The notes beneath the pieces are model-generated. The model made no database searches. It was not told the origin of the DNA and worked only from the letters and a program-made list of their open reading frames with translations. DNA of 62,731 bases, counting the filler, from Sluysia triapertura (Eukaryota), in assembly GCA_046118255.1 (NCBI GenBank). It is 4 parts of 4 records of this genome, joined end to end, with 100 filler letters (N's around TTAATTAATTAA, not from the genome) between each part and the next. Parts side by side here need not be neighbours in the genome. Positions count along the whole stretch, not along the records: positions 1 to 15,775 come from JBJNIA010219469.1; positions 15,876 to 32,775 come from JBJNIA010196597.1; 2 more parts are not named here. One strand, given 5' to 3'. Position numbers and translations under genes: made by a program. This document shows positions 11,601 to 24,200 of the stretch, in pieces. Within the stretch, counting starts at the first letter, position 1, and every line of letters starts with the position of its first letter.

Positions 11601-14600
11601 TAATTTTTTAACTTGAATATCTTTAGAATTGTTAAGAATATTTTGAAATAAATTTCAAATTGGAATTCAGCATAAAAATTCTTTCGACGGCATTATTTTT
11701 TCTTTTTTGTGCTATTAATTTGTGTTTTTCAACGTTTCATGTTTCATCTTCAACAAGTTTAATTTTGTTTTTATTTCTATTTACTATAAAGCGGTTAAAT
11801 AAGTTTACTTTTCTTAACACTTCTTCCCTTTTCCTTGTTATTGGCTGTATGTGCAGGTACAGAAGCACAAAATCATTATTCATAACTTTTGATACTCTAT
11901 TTTAATGCCAGGTTTGGTCATGATCTGAGTTTACCTTGGACACCTCTCTTGTAAGCGATATTGTTAGAATGTACTAGCATCTTTGTGGAGTGTTAAGCTT
12001 TGTGAGTTTGTACATTATAAAATTAAAAGCTTCTTTGAAAGATAGCCTTATTTTGACAATAAAATCATAATAAAACAATATTAATATTAATTTTATAAAA
12101 ATAAAGTAGAATTTCTAAGTACATCTCCGTAATAATTATTAACTATGTGTTGGATAATTTTAACAATAATCAAATCAAATTCCTTAACAGATTTTTAATA
12201 ACTTCAATAAATTAAACATGAATACCTCAAAAATAGATATTATTTCAACAATCTAATTGTTATAATCCGAATAATTTAAAAAATTTGTAAACAGTAAATT
12301 ACGTTAATAAAATTTATACTTGTAGATCTACTGGTACTGACATAGCTTCTATAATTTCCTTGGCTTTTTGAGCAGCCATATAAAATGCTTCAGTAATAGT
12401 AGTTGGATGAAGACCCTTAGAAAGTAATTTATCACTGGCATCCAAAAGAGCACCTGCCAAGACCACAACTGTTGTTGTACCATCTCCAGCTTCTATATCT
12501 TGCGCTTTTGATAATTCAACCAACATTTTGGCAGCTGGATGTAATAATTTCATACGATTTAAAATGGTAGCTCCATCATTTGTTATTGTAACATCACCTT
12601 TACCTTCTTGAATCTAAATTTATATAATTGAAGTTTTGTGTACAATTATAAAAGTTTTATATAAAATTATATTCTAATCATTGAACATTTTAAATTTAAA
12701 TTAATTGTTGTGGTAAAAGGCCTAAAAAGTGCTAAGTAGTATAATTGAATATATAGCTCAGTGGTAGAGCATCGACTGCGCAGACGATGGAGTCGGGTTC
12801 GATCCCCGGTCAGTCCATTTTACGAAGTCTAACATTTGGTGAGCCCACATATCGAATACCATCTGATATTGAGTTAATGATTTATATGATGTTTGAGGAC
12901 AAACATATTTGAATTGGGTGAGATATGTTGGGGTAAAGAGGCTTAAGGTGCCATTTGGTCAAATTGACAATAATAAAATAGAACTGTTAGACGGGGCTGA
13001 TAGCTCAGTGGTAGAGCGTCGACTGCGCAGACGATGATCGCGAGTTCGAACCCCGGTCAGTCCATTTTACGAAGTCTAACATAATAATAATGAAAGAAAT
13101 TGTATTATTTTATTCATTTAGTATTGAATTAAAGAAGTGATCTACTTTCTTAATAAATGAATAAACATAAAGACAATTAGGATTCTTGTTACAAAATAGA
13201 GCTATATAAAAATTAAACTACTCACTAAAGTGTTGTCTTGCCTCAAATGCACTTTCATCAGTTTTCAAAAAATTCGACACTATTAAACAATCTGAAAATT
13301 AATCGTGTAATACTTTATGATGAATCTGACAATAAAATTTATAATTTTCTATTATATATTTAACAATGACTTTTTTGATTTAGGATGTGCAGTTCAGAAT
13401 TAGTTGGACAAACATTAAGACCGATATTTTTAGCGGGTAATTGTAAATGAATAAAAACAAAAAGCATACTTCGACTTTTACGTCATATTTGTTCCTTTAT
13501 CAATAACGTTACTGTGATCACTGAACGATGTATCTATTTTTTAGTGACTTCATCATCTGGTTGTTAATTATCTGATAGACTTTATTCATTTCATCGATAT
13601 ACTTTTGTTTATAAAAGTCAGAATTCAAAGTTGGTTCATCATAGTCATTTTGTGCATTATTTTAAATCTAAATAGTACGTTTCCAGAAATTATGTCGCAC
13701 CACTTACTTTGACTCATTATCTTTAAATAACTTCTAACATTTACCTAATTCATCGTTGATAAGTTCATCTGTTATTCAATATCTCCATATTTCGCATTTT
13801 CTTCGGTGACCAAAGTCACGTAATAATAAATTAAGAATAAATGTATTGGTTCTTTAGTCGCAATCAACGCTACCATTGTCTAGCTTGACTAGACTTGAAA
13901 AATTGTATATTTTTATTATTCATTGACATTGCTTATGTAAAAGCCACTTATTTAAAAAGCTGTACTATTAATTAAACCACTATGACTTTAGTACACGTTG
14001 ATTTTTCGAAAGCACATTCGGGAGCTTGCACCAGCACTAACAGACTAATTATTCTTTAAATAACTATCCATATCTGATACTAAATGAGAATTTTTTTCTA
14101 AGATTGTCTGAAAGATCAACGTAGAACAATGAAAATGAGGATATGCTGCTTTTTTCTTTGCTTTCTAAATTACAATGGATGCACCCCATTAATAGGTATA
14201 TAAGCTTCTTCAAATTAAATGTCATAATATATTATAACTTTAGTTTCATTTAACGGGAATCTAACTTTTAATAATTGTAATTGTGAATAACATTTCATTG
14301 AAGCCAACATTGTTAGATCTTCAGTATTGGCAAATAAAGCAGATTTTCTTATATCGAATATTTAATATAATTACTTTGAGGTAATAAAGCAGCAATCACA
14401 AGAGCTTCTTTATATTCTAGTGAAATCCTAGTGAAAACCTTGCAATTGTTCTAATAGTTTTTGAAACAATAGTGTTATCAATTATTTTTTCATATGAAAT
14501 GTGAATTGGCAGCTACTGTAGCCAAATCCATATTTCGTTGGGCAATTAGCTAAATTAATGTGCATTTTTAAAATATAATTAAAAATTAAAATATAATCAA

Positions 14601-15247
14601 GTTATAAATTCTTAATCTTTTTCATTTACAGGTACAATAAAGAACAAAGATTTACCTAAATAAGCCATAGAAAATTTAAATTGGGATTAAAAAATGTTGC
14701 AATTTGAAGTTACGTTCTAAAACTCATTCCGAAAATCTGATGAGACCGAAATAATAATTGGCGGCTATTTAATAATGTACTGGTATATTTCATATAAAAT
14801 TAAATAAGCACTACATACTAACCATTTTATCCATTCCTTTGGGCCCTAAACTTGTTCTTATAGCATCTGCCACAGCTAAATATTAATTTAATTGAAAATT
14901 CGGTAGAGACAACTTAACATCAAAATTATCTCAACATTAACTCATAATTTATACATTGAGAATTTATTAAATTATTTTATGAACTGATATTATAAATTTT
15001 AGTATTCAAAATTATTAATGTAAAAACCATTATAATTATTTATATTTAAATTTCGTAATAAGAAAGTTTTACAATAAATTTAATTAAAATATAGCAAAAA
15101 AATAATTTTAATAAACTAAAGTTTACCTTTAGAAGCCACTATATTACTATTTCGAATAGCGGTTGGCTTATTTCTGTCACTGAATTCTTGTTTAGTATCA
15201 ACTTTATTTTGATGAGACGAAGTAACATTAGATCCAGAGTCCGACAT
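8670..15247 (-). CDS. CCT4: T-complex protein 1 subunit delta (chaperonin CCT4). Exons 15247-15127, 14875-14823, 12613-12320, 11402-11097, 9520-9284, 9192-8954, 8904-8670; final exon not found
   Basis: Spliced translation gives [88 protein letters not shown]; GT-AG junctions with consistent phases. Confidence 0.95.
10239..10774 (-). mobile_element. Solo-LTR-like repeat, copy 2, in CCT4 intron 4
   Basis: Minus strand begins TGTCATCACAACCCT and ends AGGTTTTTATTGCA (TG...CA, imperfect inverted ends); internal HSE-CCAAT-TATA; no clean TSD. Confidence 0.6.
10616..10655. promoter_or_regulatory. Perfect 8-unit heat-shock element
   Basis: gGAAt gTTCc aGAAt aTTCt aGAAc aTTCt gGAAg cTTCt; CCAAT at 10601-10605; minus-strand TATATAAA at 10582-10589. 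Confidence 0.85.
12754..12817 (+). ncRNA. tRNA-Ala-like pseudo-tRNA in LTR1 (5' acceptor strand lost)
   Basis: A box TAGCTCAGTGG, B box GGTTCGATCC, ends TCAGTCCA then TTTT. Confidence 0.7.
12994..13064 (+). ncRNA. tRNA-Ala-like pseudo-tRNA in LTR2
   Basis: Acceptor stem GGGCTGA/TCAGTCC with G3:U70 and discriminator A; D arm GCTC/GAGC; anticodon and T stems imperfect; followed by TTTT. Confidence 0.75.
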
Positions 15248-15659
15248 GTTAAAAACTATAGTGATTTTGTTTATTGATTATTTATAAAATTAATTTATAC
15301 AAATCAAATTCATACAAAATACCGTTACTAGTTTTATTTGTACTGTAAGAATACAAATTAAAATCAATTTGAAAATAATTTTAAAGTAAAAGTAATTTAA
15401 TTAAGACTTTAATTAAAAGTAACGTGCAGAAACAGATGCGTCATGAAATGCACCGTTTTTAGGATAAACGAAAATAAGTTATGGTTGTAAAATAAAACTA
15501 ACCAAACTTGACTAGCAATAAGAAAAACTATTGTGGTTAATTCCAATTGTGCTGTTCCAATTTTTATTTGCTTTTATTTTCTTAAATTAGCTGAATTGCT
15601 TTCCTTAATTTTGAATTTTTGAGCTTTCTTAAAAGTATTGATAATACTATAAAAACATC

Positions 15660-15775
15660 TTAACCCTTTCACTACCAAACCTTTTTTGGTCCCATTTTTA
15701 ATATTAACTTAATTGGCTAATAACTTATGGCCATGGCATAATTGAAAAAATGTAACCGACCAGCTGATTTCACGT
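15660..15775 (+). mobile_element. Possible piggyBac-type terminus at the contig end
   Basis: TTAA followed by CCCTTTCACTACC; other end not visible. Confidence 0.35.
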
Positions 15776-15875
15776 NNNNNNNNNNNNNNNNNNNNNNNNN
15801 NNNNNNNNNNNNNNNNNNNTTAATTAATTAANNNNNNNNNNNNNNNNNNNNNNNNNNNNNNNNNNNNNNNNNNNN
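15776..15875. other. Artificial contig linker (N-TTAATTAATTAA-N)
   Basis: Identical 100-nt spacer with stops in all six frames, seen three times. Confidence 0.97.
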
Positions 15876-18211
15876 TATAAATGTTTTCTTTATCATGATT
15901 CTTATTTCAACAATGTTTATAATGTTCAATCCATCAATTTGTATAAGTTATTTTTTGATTTTATAGTTCTATATATTTCTTACTCATTTTCAGATCCATA
16001 GTTGAGTAATCCCAACATAAATACACAAGAATTTAACATTAGTAATTCATATTTATGTATTTTAACTATATATTTATTAACAAATCAATATTAGTCTATT
16101 TAAAACTAGATATTTGTAATTATGAATTATTATTAATAAACGAAAGAAAATACAAACACATCTGAAAGACTCAAAAACACAATATAAAATCAAATATCCC
16201 AGCTGTATTTTTTATTAAAAATAAACTTAACCTGGCCATCACAGAAGACTTTTATAAGGATTATCGATTATATCCAATCACATTTTAAATCGGGATCTGA
16301 CAGAATAATTGGTCTACTGACTTTATTATTATAAAATGACAACGAAATGAACAGCACCATGAGAACAATTTTGTATCTGTAAGTTACTGATGATTTTATT
16401 CCTGTGTTAATAATATCAAAAATATAAAGTTAAATTATTTTTATTAATGTCCTATAAAAATCTTAATTTACATAGTGCGAATTTGTTTTATTTATAATCG
16501 AAATTGTATTGATTGTTCGTCATTTAAATATAGTTTTTCCTTGTTAAAGCTTTTATTTTGGATTGAAGAGTAAAATATTCGTAACGAAGACAATTTTTTA
16601 AAAATTTAATAGATTTTAAAGAATTTAAGGAAACTCGAAGATTTTTCACGAATTTTAAAGGTTTAAAACAATCATCTTACATCTTTGAGAACAGAGACGA
16701 ACATCGAATCAAACCTTCAGACTTAGCTTATAAAAAGGAAACCAATTTTGAATAATTAAAAGAATAATTATTTTAGGTGAATTGAATACAAATTTATTTA
16801 ATAAATTTGTACTAAGTCATTTACAGAGAAAAAGTTTTTCAACTAATATAAGGAATTATTAACAAACCAAATATGTAACTATATAATTACGTAAAATTAC
16901 AAAGCCGGCCTTAGATAAAGTAGTAAGTATTTTGCACTGCTAAAAGTACGAAAGGAAATTTGGCATTAATTAAAGTTTTTCGATTAAGATTTAGATGACT
17001 GTGAGATTTCAGAGTTAAACAATTATAAGGAAGAGGTTTTGAGTTATTTGAAAATGACATAAAGCCTAAGAAAAGATTAACTAAATCAACTTACACTCAT
17101 AATTATATAAATGTTACACTACAAAAAATTGATTTTATTTGACTTATGCTATTTTAATGAAATTTATATCATAAAAATCCAAAAATTACTCAAAATAATA
17201 AAAATCTTCATTGAAAAAATTCAAAATATGTTAAGTATTTTTCCAGACTGAAATATTAAATCATATTTTTAAAGGTCTGTACAAACAAAATTCAACAATA
17301 AAAAGCAAATATTGAATAAAATAATTATTAAAGCTATTATGTTAAATTAGATGGAATGCAATATCTGAGTTAGGCATAATAATAGTGCAATAAAAATGTA
17401 CATAAACAAAGATTTACACAAAACTCAGATTGTAAATAAGAAATAACAAAGGAATGTTATATAAATACGTCAATAATATAATTAAATAATCTATAAACAA
17501 ATCAATATTTGTTTCTGAAAAATTGGGGATAAGTTTTCATTTTAACCATTTGAACTTCACAAACTATTCTACATAACTAATTACGCGAATGTCGAAAAAT
17601 AAAAAAGTAACAATAATTATTAATTATTATTTTACAATTTTTTAATGGATATATCGTTCAAGTACTTAACTAATTGTTAATTGTTTTCAAAGATTTACAA
17701 TTAAAACAAGCAAAGCTTTGGTAAAAACATGTCCAAAAATTTAAGTTTTTATATGTGAAATCATATTTAATATATTCCCATTGGTACACCACATATGTGC
17801 AGCATAAATAACGTCAAAAATATTAAGCAGGTGAGAACGCGATAAAAAAGTCTGATATTTTCATCGTTTACCGAAAAGCATATTTTTAAATTTGACAATT
17901 GCATTTTTCAATACACATTTCAATAAATCCTTTTTGTAGGCTGTTCAATATTTTACTGCTATTTTTGTATAATTAATAATTATTCATATTTTTGAAATAT
18001 TTAACCAATAAATCGTTTCTGAATTTAGGTTGTAAAGTATAACAAAATTTAATAACTTTTCCATAATAATAATAATAATAATAAAACTGTTTTTCTTTAC
18101 TTTTACATAAAATATAAAGAATTAAATTAATATTTCAAATCAAGCTCCTCCACGTATCACAAATGAACAGAATTATTTAACGAAACTAGAACACATGAAA
18201 ATACGTTTATT

Positions 18212-21200
18212 TTAGTTCCCAGAACTAATTTGATTCGATGAATCATTTAAATTAGTTGAACATGTAACTGATGTAGTAGATGATTGATTAGTTACTGGAG
18301 ATAATGATGGTGCTGATAAAAGTGATACTAATTTCTGTTTCAACCGTTTATCGGTTTTTGTTATGAGACCAATTAAATTTACTAAATGAGTTCGCTGGTA
18401 TTTATCTTTATTGGCCAATAACCACGTCTCAAGATCACCAATACCAATATAATATGCTTTGATGTATTTTTCAACATCACAAGATTCGAACAAATCACTA
18501 AAATTAAATAAATATATTAACTACTTTTTTAATCTACTTAAAGCTTGTAACACTATGTTACCAAATTTCATTGTTTTTTCACTTTTATAAAAAAGTATAA
18601 TCTAATAATTAAATATTCGCTCCAATACCGCAATGAAGCTGCATAATTTATATCATTTTAATAAAAACTATTTATTATTGTTTTTCTACGTAAAATTTTA
18701 GTTCATTTGTAATTAAATTTTAAAAATAATCACTTTCATATTTCAATCACAAAGTAAACTAAGATTTTTTTTCGAAAAAACAGAATATTCATTACTCTGT
18801 CGAAATTTAAATACATTAATTTATTTTCTCGTTCTTAAAGCTAAAATTTAAATAAATTATTTTTAAACAAATTATTTTCTTACTTAATTCCTGATGTGTT
18901 AGTGGCATATCTCACATACGTTTGCCAATCAACAAGCATTTGATTTCTACCAGCTTGTGAACAAGACGTAATTAAGCCATAGCCATCCAATAAAAATCGA
19001 TCGATTAAGCGTGTACGTAATAACCAAAGCTGATGATGTAATTCTCGATTTAATGGAACTGTAGTCGCAATATATTTTAAACGCTTATCAAATTCAATGA
19101 TGCTCTAAATAAAATTAAAATTTTGATACATCACCAAACTAAAAATAATGTCAGTGTACGTCTATAACTGATCATAATAATAATAAGTAGTTAATTGCGA
19201 TTTAAATAAACTACTTCAATTAATTTAAATATTGCTTCAGTTAAAAATTCGCGATTTATCAAAGGCTATTTATATATTTAGATTGTAAGATAGTTTAAAG
19301 CCAGAATTTAATTTTAAAATAACTTAATTTAATTTAGAATAGTAATCTTAACCCCTCGTAGTTTTATTTATTTAAATAAATTATGCGCCTGAAACAATTA
19401 TATAAAAGAAATTTCGTAACAGCAAAACAATTTTATTTATTAAATAGTACAGTGAAAAAATAAAAATAAGTGTGTGATACTTTTCGAAGCAATCAGGATC
19501 ATACAATGCAACAAAACATTGTTTCATAAAGCAAATTTAAGTTACACGAGTAAGACTCGTGTTTATTGCAAAATAGGTTAAAATAAAATCATTGATTATA
19601 GAAAAAAATTTAAAAATACCTAAAATAGTTACTTTAAAATGTCCTGCAATCAAAAAAACAAACAAAAGGAAATAAAAATGAAATACAAAAAATTTGAATT
19701 TTTCCAAGCTTAATTTTATTAAAATCGAAATGAAGAAATACTAAACCAGCAAAGTAAATGCATACGTGAATAGCCAATCATATATTATAGCAAAAAATTA
19801 AGTAACCATTGGAATTTACCACATAACAAATTATAAACTACAGGAAGAAATTAACGATATAATAGTTGTTAAAGTGTAAGAAATTTAAACTTTTAAAACT
19901 TCATGTATGTGTCAGGATGCAGGCCTAAAGTGCCATTTAGTACAATTGACTATAATTGTTAGACGAAGCTGATACAGAAAGCATTAATCCATCCTGGCCT
20001 GTCTCGAACATATTCACAAACTCACTCTCACAAATCTCCATTTTTATTTGCTGCTTGATTTCTCTAATGCTTTTGGCTTCGTGCTACACGATTATCTGTT
20101 TTGGCTACTTGAGAAATCTAGTTTGTAAAAACCAGAATCTGCACAAAGACAACTCCTCCACTTCTGCACTTGGAGTTGGTGTTAAGTAAGATTGTCCTTT
20201 TTCTGTGACACTCTTTTATTTTGCTATGAACCACTTCTCCGCTATGTTATCCGAAGCGTTTCTCCCTTTACATACTTGGGCTTCTCGTTCAATTGCCTTG
20301 CTTACGCTCATGATATCAACAGACTTTAGATGACCTTGTCGCACTTTCTTCGTTCATCAACCTAAAATTTATTCAACCCCCCTTACTATTTGTAATATTC
20401 CTGTTCCTATAATTAATTCCGAGGTATACTATACTTATCTTGGAATGAAAATCGGAAGTGCAAAACACTTATCAATTAAATTTTTACTCCACACTGCTCT
20501 CTTTGACTGATCTAAAATCTTAGAATCCCGCCTTCATCCTGCTCAAAAAATCAGAGCCATCAAAATCTTTATTTTATCTCGCTTCTCTTACCGATTTAGA
20601 GCTTGCAAAGTAGCACGAACGCACTACAATAACAATGATGATGCTGATAAGAACTCGCCCTCTTTTGATAGAAGCTTTAGAAACATCTTGAGACCCGCTC
20701 TTCAAATTCACTTTCAGTCATCATCTATTGACTACCTTTACACTATTATTGATCCCGGAGGACTTAGATTTACTTCTCTTCATAGTTCACTGTTTCCGCA
20801 TTTTTTCCTCTGCCGACAATACTCTTTGATGATTCTCTGTAGAACATCTTAACTATACTTCCAGAAACCAGATATTATTACCACACTTAACTGGCTTTCG
20901 GTCACCACTGATTTTGAAATATATCATTCCAAGTCAATCCTGTGGTCCAACATTAGATAATCTTGTAAGGCTCTTAAATCCAAACACGATATTCGAGTCT
21001 TGTCTGCCTTTGCATATAACTCTTCATCGACTTCACCAAAGATGAAAAGGATAAAGTCACTCAGGCCTTTCATTAACTGACAGAGCTATCCCATTTTCTA
21101 AGATGACATCCTTGAAATGCCAATTTCTCCTGATTTCTCTCACACAGTCCCGCCTTACGAATAGAATGCTCATGAGCTTCGAAATTCCTGATTACACTTT

Positions 21201-24200
21201 CTTCTTCCTACTCAAAGCCCGAACAAATACTTTACCTCTAAATTTCATTGCGGGAAACTGTGAATCTGCACTTAATGTTCTTAACCACTGACATTTCAAC
21301 TCCCGTCTTCTCACCTTGCACCACATCCTAGCACTTGAATTTATCGCTTCTTTCTTCAGAGATAATAGCATTGATGTTAACTGTGATGCTCAATGCTCCT
21401 CGTTTCTAACCGATCCGATGTTCCTGATTACATCAAACGTCAACGGCCTGACTTACTATTATCGTACAATGATTGCTACTTTCTTGTTGACATTAAAACA
21501 CCGTTCGACAAAATCGAGACTTATTCAGATATTCATTAGGAAAACGCTCTGAAATATTCACCATTCTACCAACATCTTAGCAAAATCGTGAGGCATAAAG
21601 TCAAAATATTCACTTTAATTTTCCCGGTTTTTGGCACAATGAACCCTGATAACATTAGTATCCTTAAGACCTTCAAATTCAGTAAATTGTCAATAAACAA
21701 ATTACTGTTTGACACTTCTACTGGAATGTTTAAAATGTCTTATCGAATTTATACCAATCATATCTTGTCCCGGTACCCATAAATCCGTCAGCCAACAATC
21801 ACTCCGTCTGATGTTCCAACTCCATCCCATGTTCCAATTCTTCCTACAAATTCTGCTCTGGTAAATGATATCGAATAGCAATCCTTCTGAACGGCAATCA
21901 AAACTCATTTGTTGGGATTTTTAAAATCGTTTACTGCACAGCCTTCGGACAAATATTTAAAAATTTAGTGCATAATACATTTTTGCTATTATTATTATTA
22001 CCAATGCACCTTCGTTCCCGATTAATTGGAGGCGCATTGTCACACTGCGAAAGTTTTTCAGACAGCCGAAATGTGTCGGAAACTGCGATCGCGTTGGTTG
22101 GGTTACCTCCTCGATAGTCATTGTGGGCGGTCTTTGAGGTCGGTATTGATGGCTACTTTGAAATTCTGTAAAAGTTCCGTTCCTGACACCAATAAAATCA
22201 CGTTTGAACACATTAAAACGTTCATCCAACAGGTAAATTACGATGCCTCCTTTTTAATAAAATTATTTCTATCCAAAAAATACCGCGAGCCTGGAAGAAC
22301 TTTACCACCCTTCTTATCATAAAACCTAATAAACTTCACCTTGCATATGTGGTCTCATCTTTGCGGCCTATTGCTATACTTGATTCCACATATCGCATTT
22401 TACCAAGATAATTAATGACCATCTTCTCTCCTGGATACATGCTGGAAACCTTATCATGCTCATCAGGCTGCGCTTTTACATTCTGTTTGTTGCACGGAGA
22501 ATAACTTCATGTTGCATTCCCTAACGGAAATTATTACTTTCCTAAATCTCAAAAAGGCTAGGAATATTGAGCTCCATGTTATATTCCTTGACTTAACCAC
22601 TGCTTTTGGTTCTATTCCTCACGAACTGATCTGGCATACTCTATCACTCATGGGTTTGAACCAACACACCCTTAATCTTTTTATGGACCTATATGCAATA
22701 ACCTCACTACTGATCCTGTTCCAATTAAATATGGTGTAAAATGAGGTTGCTCAATTTCAATGACTCTTTTCTGTTTGGCCATTGATTACTTATTTCATAG
22801 GTTCACCTCCACTGAAGATTACATATCATTTCCCTATTATCTTACCTATGAGATGATATTGCACTTATTTCTACCTCGCATAAACACCTACACCAGACGC
22901 TCAACTACATCGTAGGGCATGCTCAATCTGCTAATCCATTTCCACAATATCCCTGATACGACGAATCTTTCTGTATTCATCGTTGGCACCTCAATTGTAA
23001 ATATGAAAGATGGCGAAAATGCGATCTATCTAGGGATGAACTTATTGTGGAAACTTAACAATGGTCCAAAAAATCAAAGACTCTAAATTTCTTATGTTTC
23101 GCAACTTTATTCACTCGCGCCTTCCATTTCACACGCGCAACCTACATATTAATACCCATACCCTTAGTAATCCTCACGCACGACAATCCAAAAACCTCCT
23201 CAACCTGTTGGATATGATGAAAAAGTAAACCTTCTATTCAAGGGCTTCCTAGGATTGAAAAACTTCCCTTTAAACAATTTTCTTTTATGCCATCAAAAAT
23301 CACTGTGGTTTAAGCTTGATTTCGTCTTACGATGACTACATGTGCCTATTTAACAGTCGATCAAACCTGATTCATAACCTTGCCCTACATGAAATTCTTC
23401 GTGTCTCCAATGATAGATTAAATAAAGTCGAGAACATTTCTGATGCTCTATCTTGGCAAAATGGCGGTAAACCCGATAAGCGTTCACGACTTCTGACGTG
23501 ATGGACCAAAATTCGTTAATCTATCCTCAATTTGTGCCTAAAATACCGAATTTCTGCTAGCTTCTTTTATTGTGAGAGCCAAATGAAATTAAACATCAAA
23601 TACGACATCCTTGGTGAAAACGAAGTCATATTAAATCGGGTCCACAAAGAGAAAGTAAGTAAATATCTTCATGAACTTATTAACATTTGGAAATCTCAAA
23701 ATCCAAGGTCGTTTTGTCGAATGCTTCATGAAAAGTTCTCTATCTGGTCGCCTGTTTTCCTTATGATTATGGCTAGGAATAGCATTCTTAAACTTCATTC
23801 TTTCCACAAAACATTCGACTGCATCTTCTAGTGTGGCTTTGAGAGGGAAACAATTGCCCACGTATGTCTTTGCCCTCGAACTATCATTGGTTGTACAGTT
23901 AGACATAATAAGATTCTCGAATGTTTACATAGTAGACTTAAATAAATGGGTTTTTTGTAGTCTTTTACATAAAACACAGACTGGACATTATTGAGAAGGA
24001 ATTAAAAATTCTTTACATTATACATATTATGGCTAATTTGCAATATTATTTGAATCCGACCCCAATTAAAAAGGATCGTAGAATCGGTTTTTTATAAAAA
24101 ATGATGAATGTTAAAATTTTTTAGTGTGGTTACAATTACAAGTTACAAATTACAATTTAACAAAATTTCTTTAGAAAGAAACACTTTTATTTAAGCAGAT

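Larger units (their letters stand above)
12706..13081 (+). mobile_element. Miniature non-autonomous LTR retroelement (TRIM-like) with tRNA-derived LTRs, in CCT4 intron 2
   Basis: TSD TAAT (12702-12705 and 13082-13085); LTR1 12706-12834 and LTR2 12926-13081, both TGTTG...GTCTAACA; PBS-like TGGTGAGCCC at 12837; PPT GGGTGAGATA at 12916-12925. Confidence 0.85.

Noticed and set aside
12747-13064. Two functional tRNA genes
   Set aside because: Anticodon arm has a mismatch and an irregular loop, T stems are degenerate, and both lie inside LTRs
14730-14765. CTGATGAGACCGAAA as a minimal hammerhead ribozyme
   Set aside because: No helix I complement after any candidate NUH
15776-15875. TTAATTAATTAA palindrome repeated three times
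   Set aside because: Artificial six-frame-stop linker; adjacency across linkers has no biological meaning
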